DNA of 64,000 nt from Myxococcota bacterium (lineage in GTDB: Bacteria; Myxococcota_A; SURF-8), in NCBI GenBank assembly GCA_965140415.1, contig OZ223209.1, forward strand, positions 2,240,001 through 2,304,000. Reading direction: 5' to 3'. The notes beneath the pieces are model-generated. The model was given only the letters and a program-made list of their open reading frames with translations. It did not search any database and was not told where the DNA came from. Positions within the stretch are counted from its first letter, which is position 1; every line of letters starts with the position of its first letter. A program made the position numbers and the translations under genes. Below, one piece after another: positions 49,250 to 58,657 of the stretch.

Positions 49250-52200
49250 TGCGCACCTTCGTCAAATAGGAGATGGAAGGTTTCACTCCGGTTGCTTCGA
49301 GCAAGGTCATGGCGCGGGGCGCAGCCGCAGACTTCTTTACGGCGGAACCGCTCAGGTTGATGTCTCCGAAAACGATGGCTTTGGTCGGACAGGCTTCCAT
49401 GCAGGCCGGAACGACTTCGCCATCCGTCAAGGTTCCTTTTTTTCCGTCAGCTCGGGAGAGACTCTCCGCTTCGCGGATGCGCTGGATGCAGAAACTGCAT
49501 TTTTCCATCACACCTCGCGAACGCACGGTGACTTCCGGATTGTTTTTCATCTGCATCTTGCCGCGCACGTTTAAGCGAGCGTGGTCTTTCATCTCCGGCA
49601 CCAGCAGGTTCATGATGAAGCTCTTGCGTTCGGAGGAATATTCAAACCAGTTGAAGCGCCGCACTTTAAAGGGACAGTTGTTCGAACAGTAGCGGGTGCC
49701 GACGCAGCGATTGTAGATTTGCTGGTTCAGTCCGTCTGAGCTGTGCATGGTTGCAACAAAGGGGCATACCGTTTCGCAAGGTGCGTTTTCGCAGTGCTGA
49801 CAGAGCATCGGCTCGAATAAGGTGTTCGGTTCCTCCACGACTTCCAAGGGGGAGTCCCAGACCTTGTCGTCCCAGCCTCCCTGCTTTTTCGGTGCGTCGT
49901 AATAGCGATCGATGCGGATCCAGGACATTTCCCGTCCGTCGAGTACGCCCTGTTTGCCAACCACCGGGATATTGTTTTCCGCCTGGCAGGCGACGACGCA
50001 CTGGGCGCAGCCGATGCAGCGGTTCAGATCGATGGTCATCCACCAGCGCTTGTCTTCGTATTTATGCCCGGACCAGGCGGAAGGACCGCCGGGAGTTTGC
50101 TCGGTTCCGGCCTTTGGATCCTTGCTGTAGCTGGCTAGATCCGTTACCGGTACGAGTTGTCGCACCGAGCGATCCAGTACTTCTGAGCCTTGAGGAATCG
50201 CAAGGGGAGTCATGCCCTCCACCGTCTGTATGGTGCAGGTCAACCTGGCGCGAATCAGGCGATGGTTTTTTACGGGTAAGAGCGGGAATGCGTTGCTTCC
50301 AATGTCGTTTCCGATTTTTCCGCAGGCCGTGCGGCCCAGTCCCAACGGCAGCGCCACCACATCCTGATGCATACCGGCCTGGCGGAAGGCGGGTAATGTC
50401 AAATTCTGGTTATTAATCGTAACGGACAGATGCTGGCCGTTTTCAAGCTTCATCTCGTCGAATCGACGGGGAGCGATGGCCAGCCAGCTTCCCCAGGTAA
50501 TGCGGGAAATGGGATCGGGCAGTTCCAATAGCCAGCCGTTGTTGTTCTGACTGCCGTCACCCAGCGTGGGATGCGGGAAAAACAGCACTTCCAATCCGTT
50601 GGCGGCTTTAACGGGTACCTTGGAAAGAATTGAAAGCGTTTCCGTTTGAAATTCCGGATCAGGTGTAAATTGGGTTGACGTTGCAATGCGCACGAAACCC
50701 TTGCGCAGGGTCTCATCCCAGAAATCATCGAAGGCGGGATGCGCCGTCTGCTTGGGGAAAAGCTGTTGTTTCCAGTGTTCACGCAAGTAGATGTAGGCCG
50801 GACTATGAACCTTGGCCTTTTCCGTTTCTTTGTCGGTCGCCAGCATAACGGCGGTTTTGAACTCGGGAATTGTTGCGGCCTGTGCGCCCCAGGCGATAAG
50901 GATGTCGAGCAAACCGAATGTGCTGTACAATGGGCGAATGGAAGGCTGGCGAATGCCATACAGACCGGTCTCGAAGGTGACATCTCCCCAGCTTTCCAGG
51001 TCGTGACTTGCAGGCGCCAGGTAGTCTGCCAGTCTGCTGGTTTCGTCTACACGATCGCTAAAGGAAATAATCGTTTTGACCTTCGAGATGGCGGCCTTAA
51101 ACCCCAATGCTTCGGGTAGGTGATAGACCGGGTTGACGCCATGAAATAGCAGCAGGGAAATGTTACCCTTCGCCATCTGTCTGGTGAGTTCTTCCACTTC
51201 TTCAAACGATCCCGTTAACGTGGACTGTTGGGGGTGCAGCTCGATCGTTTTCTTGTAGTTTCCGAGACTTAAGTTGATTAGAGCCAGTGCCGTTTCCAAC
51301 TCGACGCCAAATTCGGACGAACTGCTGCTTCCATCGCCGAGGACGATGGATTTTCCTGCGTGTTGTGCTAACTCGTTCGCCAGCTTCGTCAACGTTGCGA
51401 CATCCAGCCCGCTTGCCTTGCTCACGGCTGTAATGCTAAAGGGGGTAAGGATCTCATTCAGTTTCGCATGGTTTGCTAGTGGCCCGAGTTTTTTCGTTAC
51501 GATCAACTCGTTTGCGATAGCCAGCGCCACAAGTGGAAGTTGCGACGGGCGCACGCGAATGCGCTGATCCGCATTGGCGCCGGTCAAGGTCAACTGGCCT
51601 TCCAACATCACAAAACGGCTCATGCCGGATTTACGATCCGGGTCGCGCCCGGTCACGAATTGCTGCTGCTCCATGCTGCGAGGAAAGTCTAAAAACTCCG
51701 AACCGAAACCTACAATCAGCTTTGCCCGGTCAAACCGGTAATTCGGCAACAGGCCCGGACCGAAACAGGTGCTTGTGGCAGTAGCAAGCGCATCCGGTTC
51801 GAAAACCGAACTTTGGATGTGTCGCGCTCCAACTGCTTGGCAGAAACGCTCGATAATCGCCTGGCTGCCTGGACCGTTAATGGGACCGGTCAACAAAGCG
51901 ATTTTACCTTTGCTCGCCTTCAGTGCTTTTACTGCTTCACTGCCAAGTTGCTCCCAGCTTGTCGGAGCGACGACATCGGTTGAGCGTCGCACCCAAAGCG
52001 GCGTTTTGGCACGATCCGGGTCGTAAAGATCCATCAATGTCGCCTGAATGCGATGGCTTGTCAGTATCGGAAGCGGATGATCCGGGTTGGGGACGACCTG
52101 AATCGGGCGGCCTTCACGCGTGCGAACCAGCACGGGTGCGTTTCCGATGGCGGAGGCGTAAAGCAGGGGCTTGCCCAGCCGAACCTGCTCCTCCGGTCTG

Positions 52201-52403
52201 GTTACAAAAGGAATGACATCCTCAACCGGCGCCTGGCAGCCGCTGGCGCTTACCGCAACCATGGCTGTAGCTGCTCCGGCTACACGCAGAAAGTCGCGGC
52301 GGTTCAGTTGCAGGGGTTTGGAATGATCCGGGAACTCTACCCGCAGAGCAGATGCCGCGTCACTTGGCTTTGTCGGAGAAGAGTCTGTTCGGTTTCGCTT
52401 CAT
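49239..52403 (-). CDS. actB: Alternative complex III subunit B (molybdopterin-oxidoreductase-like + Fe-S domain)
   Basis: Tat motif NRRDFL then [44 protein letters not shown]...ACMEACP; start could be 52403, 52415 or 52439. Confidence 0.93.
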   Translation of the reverse strand: MKRNRTDSSPTKPSDAASALRVEFPDHSKPLQLNRRDFLRVAGAATAMVAVSASGCQAPVEDVIPFVTRPEEQVRLGKPLLYASAIGNAPVLVRTREGRPIQVVPNPDHPLPILTSHRIQATLMDLYDPDRAKTPLWVRRSTDVVAPTSWEQLGSEAVKALKASKGKIALLTGPINGPGSQAIIERFCQAVGARHIQSSVFEPDALATATSTCFGPGLLPNYRFDRAKLIVGFGSEFLDFPRSMEQQQFVTGRDPDRKSGMSRFVMLEGQLTLTGANADQRIRVRPSQLPLVALAIANELIVTKKLGPLANHAKLNEILTPFSITAVSKASGLDVATLTKLANELAQHAGKSIVLGDGSSSSSEFGVELETALALINLSLGNYKKTIELHPQQSTLTGSFEEVEELTRQMAKGNISLLLFHGVNPVYHLPEALGFKAAISKVKTIISFSDRVDETSRLADYLAPASHDLESWGDVTFETGLYGIRQPSIRPLYSTFGLLDILIAWGAQAATIPEFKTAVMLATDKETEKAKVHSPAYIYLREHWKQQLFPKQTAHPAFDDFWDETLRKGFVRIATSTQFTPDPEFQTETLSILSKVPVKAANGLEVLFFPHPTLGDGSQNNNGWLLELPDPISRITWGSWLAIAPRRFDEMKLENGQHLSVTINNQNLTLPAFRQAGMHQDVVALPLGLGRTACGKIGNDIGSNAFPLLPVKNHRLIRARLTCTIQTVEGMTPLAIPQGSEVLDRSVRQLVPVTDLASYSKDPKAGTEQTPGGPSAWSGHKYEDKRWWMTIDLNRCIGCAQCVVACQAENNIPVVGKQGVLDGREMSWIRIDRYYDAPKKQGGWDDKVWDSPLEVVEEPNTLFEPMLCQHCENAPCETVCPFVATMHSSDGLNQQIYNRCVGTRYCSNNCPFKVRRFNWFEYSSERKSFIMNLLVPEMKDHARLNVRGKMQMKNNPEVTVRSRGVMEKCSFCIQRIREAESLSRADGKKGTLTDGEVVPACMEACPTKAIVFGDINLSGSAVKKSAAAPRAMTLLEATGVKPSISYLTKVRNET

Positions 52404-52439
52404 TGATTTCTCCATGGCTTTCACTTTCGTTCTTCCCAA

Positions 52440-53027
52440 TCAGCGATGACAGATCGTGCAGTCGGTGCGGGCGTTCATTTCGGGCTTGCGGTGGCATTCC
52501 AAACACCAGCCCATGTTGAATGCATTCACAATGGATACGCGCTCCGTCTTTTCGACCTCGCCATGGCAGTCCACGCAATCGACTATCTGCTTGTTTTGAT
52601 CGTCGCGCGCATTCAAATGCGGGGAGTGATCGAAGTACACGAAGTCCGGCAGATCGTGAACCTTGACCCACTGAATCGGCTCGCCATTGTCCCAATGATC
52701 TTTCAGCTTGATCACCCACTCTTTGTCCTGACCGACATAGGTGTGGCAGTTCATGCAGATGTCCATCGACGCGATGGTGGCGTGCCGTCCCTTATCGACC
52801 ATCGTGTGGCAATAGCGGCAGGGAATGTTGTAACCGCCGACGTTCACTTTTTCCCCTTTGTCATTGGTTTCCCATACTTCCGGGCCCGCCATGCGGGAAT
52901 GACGGAAAAAGATCGGTTGATAGGGCTGATAGCCTTCGCGCGGGTCCGCACAGCCATCGAGAAGCAGCAACGGAACGAACAAACCCCAGGCCAGTGCTGC
53001 GATCAGAAGGGGGTGGCTTTGCTTCAT
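52440..53027 (-). CDS. actA: Alternative complex III pentaheme cytochrome c
   Basis: Five CxxCH motifs (CRYCH, CMNCH, CVDCH, CLECH, CTICH); VHDLPDFVYFDHSPH. Confidence 0.93.
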   Translation of the reverse strand: MKQSHPLLIAALAWGLFVPLLLLDGCADPREGYQPYQPIFFRHSRMAGPEVWETNDKGEKVNVGGYNIPCRYCHTMVDKGRHATIASMDICMNCHTYVGQDKEWVIKLKDHWDNGEPIQWVKVHDLPDFVYFDHSPHLNARDDQNKQIVDCVDCHGEVEKTERVSIVNAFNMGWCLECHRKPEMNARTDCTICHR

Positions 53028-53051
53028 CGGTTTCTCATCCTTCTCCCTGGT

Positions 53052-53291
53052 TCAACTGGATTTTGAATCCGTGGAATGATTTCCATCGGATACGAACGTT
53101 TCAGAGTCCTCGGTCTTTGTATGGTCACCCGTTTTACTGCGACCGGGTTTTTCTTCGTCATCGAACAGAATGCGAATCGCAGGCGTTTTCATATCCTCGA
53201 ATTGTCCGTTTCGCACTGCCCAGATAAACAGTGCCAGTGCGCCTCCTGCAAATAGAAGCGCCAACGGCAGCAAAAAGTAGATCACATCCAA
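53052..53291 (-). CDS. ccoS: cbb3 oxidase maturation protein
   Basis: FIWAVRNGQFEDMKTPAIRILFDD; TTG start behind AGGAGG. Confidence 0.9.
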   Translation of the reverse strand: MDVIYFLLPLALLFAGGALALFIWAVRNGQFEDMKTPAIRILFDDEEKPGRSKTGDHTKTEDSETFVSDGNHSTDSKSS

Positions 53292-53304
53292 AACAACCCT
53301 CCTT

Positions 53305-55827
53305 TCAAGCCGTTGTTTGAGAAAGGAGTGTGGATTTCCTCGCGTCGTATGAAGCGAAGGAGCGTCCCAAGATTGCAAATCCCACAACCGACAGGGAACT
53401 GATCGGCATCAGGATTGCGGCCAGCAACGGCCCGACCAGACCGAAAAACGCCAGGCTGGCGCAGGCCAGGTTGTAAATAAGCGAAAAAATCAGGCAGCGG
53501 TGAATGATGCCCAAAGTGCGCTTTCCGCCTTCGACCAGTTCAACGATGGGGTTTAAACCGGCTCGGGTCAGAACGACGTCGGCTGCTTGAATGCTGGCAC
53601 CCGAGCCGCCATGTACACTTACGCCGATATCGGCGGCGGCCAATGCGGCAGCGTCGTTCGCACCGTCACCGACCATTAAAACCTTTCCGGCATTCGAGTT
53701 TTCGTGCGTATCCAGTAAGTGTTGAATCAACGCCAGTTTTTCTTCGGGGCTCTGATCTCCCTTGACATGTTCAGGCGGCAGGTTCAGCTGTTGTGCGATC
53801 TGCTCCACAATGCGGCCATTGTCACCGGAAGAAACATGGAGCTTCCATCCTTGATCACGCAAATGGTCGAGCGCCGCTCCAGCTTCCGGTCGAATCGGAT
53901 CACCGAATCCGGCGATCGCTTCAAGCTGGCCGTCGACTGCAACAAACAGTGGCGAAAGCAGATCTTTCAGCAGGTTTTCTTCCGCCTGTTCCCATTCGGT
54001 GTTGATTGCAACCTCATGCTGCTTCATGAAGCGACGATTGCCGATTTGCACCCTGTGCCCGTCTACCGTGCCGCTTACTCCGCGACCCAGCGATTCCTGA
54101 ACGTTTGTGACTTGCAAATGAGAAGCGGTTACATGTTCAAAGGAACGAGCGAAGGAACGCGCTAATGGATGGGTAGTCTGCATTTCCAGCGCCAATGCCA
54201 GTCGAGCGGTATTCTCCGAGCCTTGCCAGCGTACGAGCGAAGATTCCCCACGTGTCAGAGTGCCGGTTTTATCGAAGACCGCAGTGTCGACTTTGGAAAG
54301 CATTTCCAATAAATCCGGGCGCTTCAGGAAGATTCCACGCCGCCCCGCCTTGGCCAGCGCCACCGTCACGGCGGTCGGAGTCGCCAGTCCCAAAGCGCAG
54401 GGGCAGGTTACGACCAGCAGGGCGATCACCTGTTCCAGAACGCGATGCGGTTCGATGAACGCCCAATACAGACCGGTTGCAGTTGCCAGGGCGAGTACGG
54501 TCAGTACGAAGTAGTGGCTGATGCTATCCGCCGTGCGCACGATGGAGGCGCGTTTCGAACTGGCTTGCTCCACCAGTTTTATCAGTGCACCCAGGCGCGT
54601 GCGCTCGCCAACGGCAGTTGCAACGATCTCCAGCCGACTGTCGAGGTTGATGGCGCCGGCATGGATGTCGCTTCCCGCCCGTACGCTTTGCGGTTCCGAT
54701 TCTCCTGTAATCACGGCATTATTCAACCTGCTCCGACCGACGGAGACCAGACCGTCCGCCGGGACGATGTCGCCGGGCAGCACCTCCAGGCGGTCGCCAC
54801 GAACGATGGTTTCCAACGGCTTTTCAGTTGAAACACCGTCGGTGTCGATTTTCCGTGCGAATTCCGTAAAGGAAGAGCCATTCAGGCGTTCGGCAAGATC
54901 CAGCGCGGCTCGCTGGGCGCGTTGTTGAAGAAAACGACCGGCCAGCAACAAGGCCACTAGGGCGCAGACGGAATCGAAATAGACCGATCCTTCTCCACGC
55001 AAGGTTGACACGGCGCTGAAACCGAAACCTGCCAGAATGCCAATGGAAATCGGAAGGTCCATGTGTGGCACGTGTTGCTTCAAGCCAGCAAGCGCCGCCG
55101 TGAAAAAGGGGCGGGCGCTGAACAAAACGACAGGCAGAGTCAACCCGAAGGCGACCCAGCGGAAGAAAGAGAAAAAGTTGCTTTCCATCCCGCTGTATTC
55201 ACCCGCATACAACGCCCCTTCCACCATCATCACGTTCAATGCGCAGACAATGGCCACGCCCAGCTTGATCAATAGGGCGCGATCTTCCTTTTTGCGCAAT
55301 TGCCGAACGTCGGAGGCGCGGTAAGCATGTGGAGAATATCCGATGCGATCCAGCGATCTGGCGATATTGGAAAGATTGACTTTTTCGGAATCCCATTCGA
55401 TTTCCGCCACGGCGCGCGGCAGGTCCAAGCGTATGTTCAACACGCCTTCTTGTCCGAGCGGGTAGCGTTCGACTAGCCAGACGCAGGCGGCACAATGGAC
55501 GCCTTCAAGGTAGAGTTGTGCGGTTTTCGTGCCTGTCTCGGTGTCTTTTACATGATTGAGTTGGAATGTTTCGTCGTCGAAATCGGTAAAAGCGCGACCG
55601 CTGATCGAAGCTGCCTGTGGGGTATCGTCGGTAAGTGCCTGATAGTTGTAATATTCCTCGAAGCCTTCTTCGTGGAGAATCGCATAAACCTGTTTACAGC
55701 CCGAGCAGCAGAACTGGAGCTGCTGGCCGCTTTGCAGCATGTTGCCTGGGACAGGCAATCCGCAATGAGCGCAAGTTACGCGCTCTGATGCTTTGGATGT
55801 TGACATGTCGCTCACAAGCTCATTCAT
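53305..55827 (-). CDS. ccoI: Copper-translocating P1B-ATPase for cbb3 assembly
   Basis: CAHC...FCCSGC, HCAAC, TGES, CPC, DKTGTLT, GDGAND, YN, MPISS. Confidence 0.93.
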   Translation of the reverse strand: MNELVSDMSTSKASERVTCAHCGLPVPGNMLQSGQQLQFCCSGCKQVYAILHEEGFEEYYNYQALTDDTPQAASISGRAFTDFDDETFQLNHVKDTETGTKTAQLYLEGVHCAACVWLVERYPLGQEGVLNIRLDLPRAVAEIEWDSEKVNLSNIARSLDRIGYSPHAYRASDVRQLRKKEDRALLIKLGVAIVCALNVMMVEGALYAGEYSGMESNFFSFFRWVAFGLTLPVVLFSARPFFTAALAGLKQHVPHMDLPISIGILAGFGFSAVSTLRGEGSVYFDSVCALVALLLAGRFLQQRAQRAALDLAERLNGSSFTEFARKIDTDGVSTEKPLETIVRGDRLEVLPGDIVPADGLVSVGRSRLNNAVITGESEPQSVRAGSDIHAGAINLDSRLEIVATAVGERTRLGALIKLVEQASSKRASIVRTADSISHYFVLTVLALATATGLYWAFIEPHRVLEQVIALLVVTCPCALGLATPTAVTVALAKAGRRGIFLKRPDLLEMLSKVDTAVFDKTGTLTRGESSLVRWQGSENTARLALALEMQTTHPLARSFARSFEHVTASHLQVTNVQESLGRGVSGTVDGHRVQIGNRRFMKQHEVAINTEWEQAEENLLKDLLSPLFVAVDGQLEAIAGFGDPIRPEAGAALDHLRDQGWKLHVSSGDNGRIVEQIAQQLNLPPEHVKGDQSPEEKLALIQHLLDTHENSNAGKVLMVGDGANDAAALAAADIGVSVHGGSGASIQAADVVLTRAGLNPIVELVEGGKRTLGIIHRCLIFSLIYNLACASLAFFGLVGPLLAAILMPISSLSVVGFAILGRSFASYDARKSTLLSQTTA

Positions 55828-56363
55828 GGACGATTATCGTTCCTCTCATAGCCGGGTACGTCGATTCGTAGAGCTTCCACATACTCCGTGCTGTCCTTTT
55901 TCAATGCGACCCGGAATTCCCACAATCCGCCCTGTGGCAGATCCAACAATACGCGGTAGCGTCCAGGTGATTGCGGCAGTTCCGTTAGCGTTCCTTCCGT
56001 ATTCATGCGAAGATTGGCAGGGCGAACCGCCGACAGCATCCCTTTCAGATTTCGGATCGGCTGCTGTTGAGGATCCAACACATCAAGATCTACGGGGCGT
56101 TTCATGCCGGGCAGATACTGCGGCCCGGCGGGGATATCGATGGAAAGCTCCCAGCCCAGCTTGCGGCTGGCGTCGGCTTTGGCGCGCTGCTGGTCCCAGT
56201 CGAAAGAGCGTTCGTAATAGCCGCGCTCCGGGCGAGGTGCATCGGGGCGTGTCGCAAAGTACACCATGATGCCTTGTGCTGTGATGGACATGATCAGTAG
56301 TCCGGCCAGAAACATCGGCCAGCGATGATCGGATATCCATTTAATCCATGCATTCATTTCCAA
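55824..56363 (-). CDS. ccoH: FixH/CcoH family protein
   Basis: N-terminal TM helix, YYERSFDW, LGW, RPAN, GLWE; lies between ccoG and ccoI. Confidence 0.8.
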   Translation of the reverse strand: MEMNAWIKWISDHRWPMFLAGLLIMSITAQGIMVYFATRPDAPRPERGYYERSFDWDQQRAKADASRKLGWELSIDIPAGPQYLPGMKRPVDLDVLDPQQQPIRNLKGMLSAVRPANLRMNTEGTLTELPQSPGRYRVLLDLPQGGLWEFRVALKKDSTEYVEALRIDVPGYERNDNRP

Positions 56364-56387
56364 GTCTCCATCGATCTAAGCCCGGTT

Positions 56388-57809
56388 TCAATACGGTCCA
56401 AGCAGTAAGAATTCCTTTTCCACGTTAAAGCCGCTTCCCGAGGAAATCCGGAAGCGTCCCACTGTTTTTCCATTTGTAAAGCTCTTGCGATCCAGCTTGA
56501 CCACCAGATTTACCGTGTCGATCTCGTCTCCCTTGACGGTAAAGGGATTGATGCTGACGATCAGTGCTCCGTTTGTTGGTTCGAGCAGTTCTATCGAGAA
56601 TGTTTGGTCGGTGTGCAGGTTGTTGTTCAATCTCACTCGTAACTGGTTGGCGATCAAGCCATCGGGCAATTGGCGAAATGCCTCGCGCCCGGTTCGAAGA
56701 ATTTCCGCACTTGCGGGTGCACGGAACACGAGCAGATAACCTAGCGCTCCGGCGATAATCAACAGGATGCCGAAATACACGAACAGACGCGACCTGAGCC
56801 AGTTTGTTTGTGATCCCGACAGATTGCGAAGGGAGGTATAGCGAATCAATCCGGTCGGTCGTTGCAGTCTTGTCATGACGTCCGTGCAGGCGTCGATGCA
56901 TTGGGCACAGCCGATACACTCCATTTGAAGTCCGCGCCGAATGTCGATGCCGGTGGGACAGGTGCTTACGCAGCGGCGGCAGTCGATGCAATCGCCCTGA
57001 CCTTGCGGAGCGGGGCCTTTTCCCGATTTGCCGCGCGGTTCACCGCGTGTTTTATCATAACCGACGATCAGCGTGTCTTGGTCGTAAAGCACCGTCTGCA
57101 AGCGACCATAAGGGCAGGCAATGGTGCACATCTGCTCGCGAAAAACCGTGAAATCGAAGGTGATCAGCGCCGTAGTTGCCATTACCGCGAAGAAAACGCC
57201 ATAATGTCGTCCCGGTGACGTGCCGACATAGGTCATCAGCGTGTCCCAGCCGATGAAATAGGCGACGAAGGTATGGGCCAAGATCGTGGCAATTACAGCA
57301 TAAACGGTAAGTTTACCCGCTTTTCGCAATAGTCGCTGCAAGGTCCAGGGACCGTGATCCCGTCGTTTGCGAACGTGAGGCGGACCTTCGAACAGGCTTT
57401 CGATGGGTCGAAATATAAATTCGAGATAAATCGGCTGGGGACAGAGATAGCCGCACCAGATGCGTCCGAATAAGGCCGTGAAGAAGAAAACGCCGATCAC
57501 CACTCCGACTCCGAAAACCATGAGCAGCAGGGTTTCCGTCGCTTGCAGTGTGATGCCTAAGATGGTGAATTGCCGGTGGACCAGATCGAAAAAGATCATG
57601 GGTTTCCCGGCGATCTCGATGTGGGGGGCGGATAGGAACAGGAGAATCAGCGCGAATCCGACTCTGCGGCGCAGTCTCCAGTAAAAACCACGCGAAACGA
57701 CCGGCTCGATCCAACGCCGCCGCCCATCCAACTGGATGGTTGCCAGGATTTCCTCCTGCGGTGCGGGCTTGAATGGGCGTTGTGAATCGGGCTTGGTCAT
57801 CTTGTCCAA
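56388..57809 (-). CDS. ccoG: cbb3 accessory protein CcoG/FixG
   Basis: [53 protein letters not shown]. Confidence 0.95.
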   Translation of the reverse strand: MDKMTKPDSQRPFKPAPQEEILATIQLDGRRRWIEPVVSRGFYWRLRRRVGFALILLFLSAPHIEIAGKPMIFFDLVHRQFTILGITLQATETLLLMVFGVGVVIGVFFFTALFGRIWCGYLCPQPIYLEFIFRPIESLFEGPPHVRKRRDHGPWTLQRLLRKAGKLTVYAVIATILAHTFVAYFIGWDTLMTYVGTSPGRHYGVFFAVMATTALITFDFTVFREQMCTIACPYGRLQTVLYDQDTLIVGYDKTRGEPRGKSGKGPAPQGQGDCIDCRRCVSTCPTGIDIRRGLQMECIGCAQCIDACTDVMTRLQRPTGLIRYTSLRNLSGSQTNWLRSRLFVYFGILLIIAGALGYLLVFRAPASAEILRTGREAFRQLPDGLIANQLRVRLNNNLHTDQTFSIELLEPTNGALIVSINPFTVKGDEIDTVNLVVKLDRKSFTNGKTVGRFRISSGSGFNVEKEFLLLGPY

Positions 57810-57835
57810 TCGTTTCGAATGTGTCTAATGGTGTT

Positions 57836-58444
57836 CTATGGTGCCGCCGAGGGCATCGCCGAACTCGGTAAGGCTTCCAGTTGCACCGGATCGCCTTCGG
57901 CTGGTTTGGGATTGGCCGGATTGCTGCCGGCCAGACTGCGCACGTATGCCGCCAATGCTTTCAGATCATCTGGGCTGAATGCCCGTCCCCATGCGGGCAT
58001 CCCTTTCGCGGGAACGCCTTTAACGATCGTTGTGAAAATATCCACGGTATTTTTTACGTTGATCCAGCGATTATCGGCTAGGTTTGGACCAATCAAGCCT
58101 TCACCATGTTCGCCGTGGCATGGCGCACAGGTTTTAACGAATTGCAGCTTGCCGGTATTCAGAACTGTTGGATCGACCGCTCCAGCCAGCAGTATTTCCG
58201 TAGTAGGCGGTTGGATGGGATTGGCAACGTAGTAATCTTGAATCGCCTGCCGGTCGCCGATCTCATCCGAACGAAGCTCGGAGCGGTAACCTTCTCCGAA
58301 CCCTAGAGCGTAATACATCAGGTACACGATGGAAAAAACGATGGCGACGTAGAACGTCCACAGCCACCAACCGGGCATGGGGTTGTCGTATTCCTGGATG
58401 CCATCGACAGAGTGATCCAATACTTTATCTTCATATTTCGCCAT
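57836..58444 (-). CDS. ccoP: cbb3 oxidase subunit III, monoheme
   Basis: HSVDGIQEYDNPMPGWW FixP N-terminus; single CAPCH; GPNL, GMPAW. Confidence 0.9.
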   Translation of the reverse strand: MAKYEDKVLDHSVDGIQEYDNPMPGWWLWTFYVAIVFSIVYLMYYALGFGEGYRSELRSDEIGDRQAIQDYYVANPIQPPTTEILLAGAVDPTVLNTGKLQFVKTCAPCHGEHGEGLIGPNLADNRWINVKNTVDIFTTIVKGVPAKGMPAWGRAFSPDDLKALAAYVRSLAGSNPANPKPAEGDPVQLEALPSSAMPSAAP

Positions 58445-58453
58445 GCGGATGCC

Positions 58454-58657
58454 TCATCTGCTCTTTTGTGAGGGAACCTGATCCGGGGAGTTGGTCGCTA
58501 TACCATCGGAAAGCGGAATGGCTGCGTAATGCTTGTATTTTTCTCGATTCCCGAAAATCACGGAGATTGCCAGCACGAGGAAGGACACGAAGAGGATCAG
58601 CATTACAGCGATTGCGATGGTTGCGTTGCCGCTATTTGCCACAAATTCGGAAATCAT
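58454..58657 (-). CDS. ccoQ: cbb3 oxidase small subunit
   Basis: Single TM helix then AAIPLSD; ATGA overlap with ccoNO. Confidence 0.75.
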   Translation of the reverse strand: MISEFVANSGNATIAIAVMLILFVSFLVLAISVIFGNREKYKHYAAIPLSDGIATNSPDQVPSQKSR

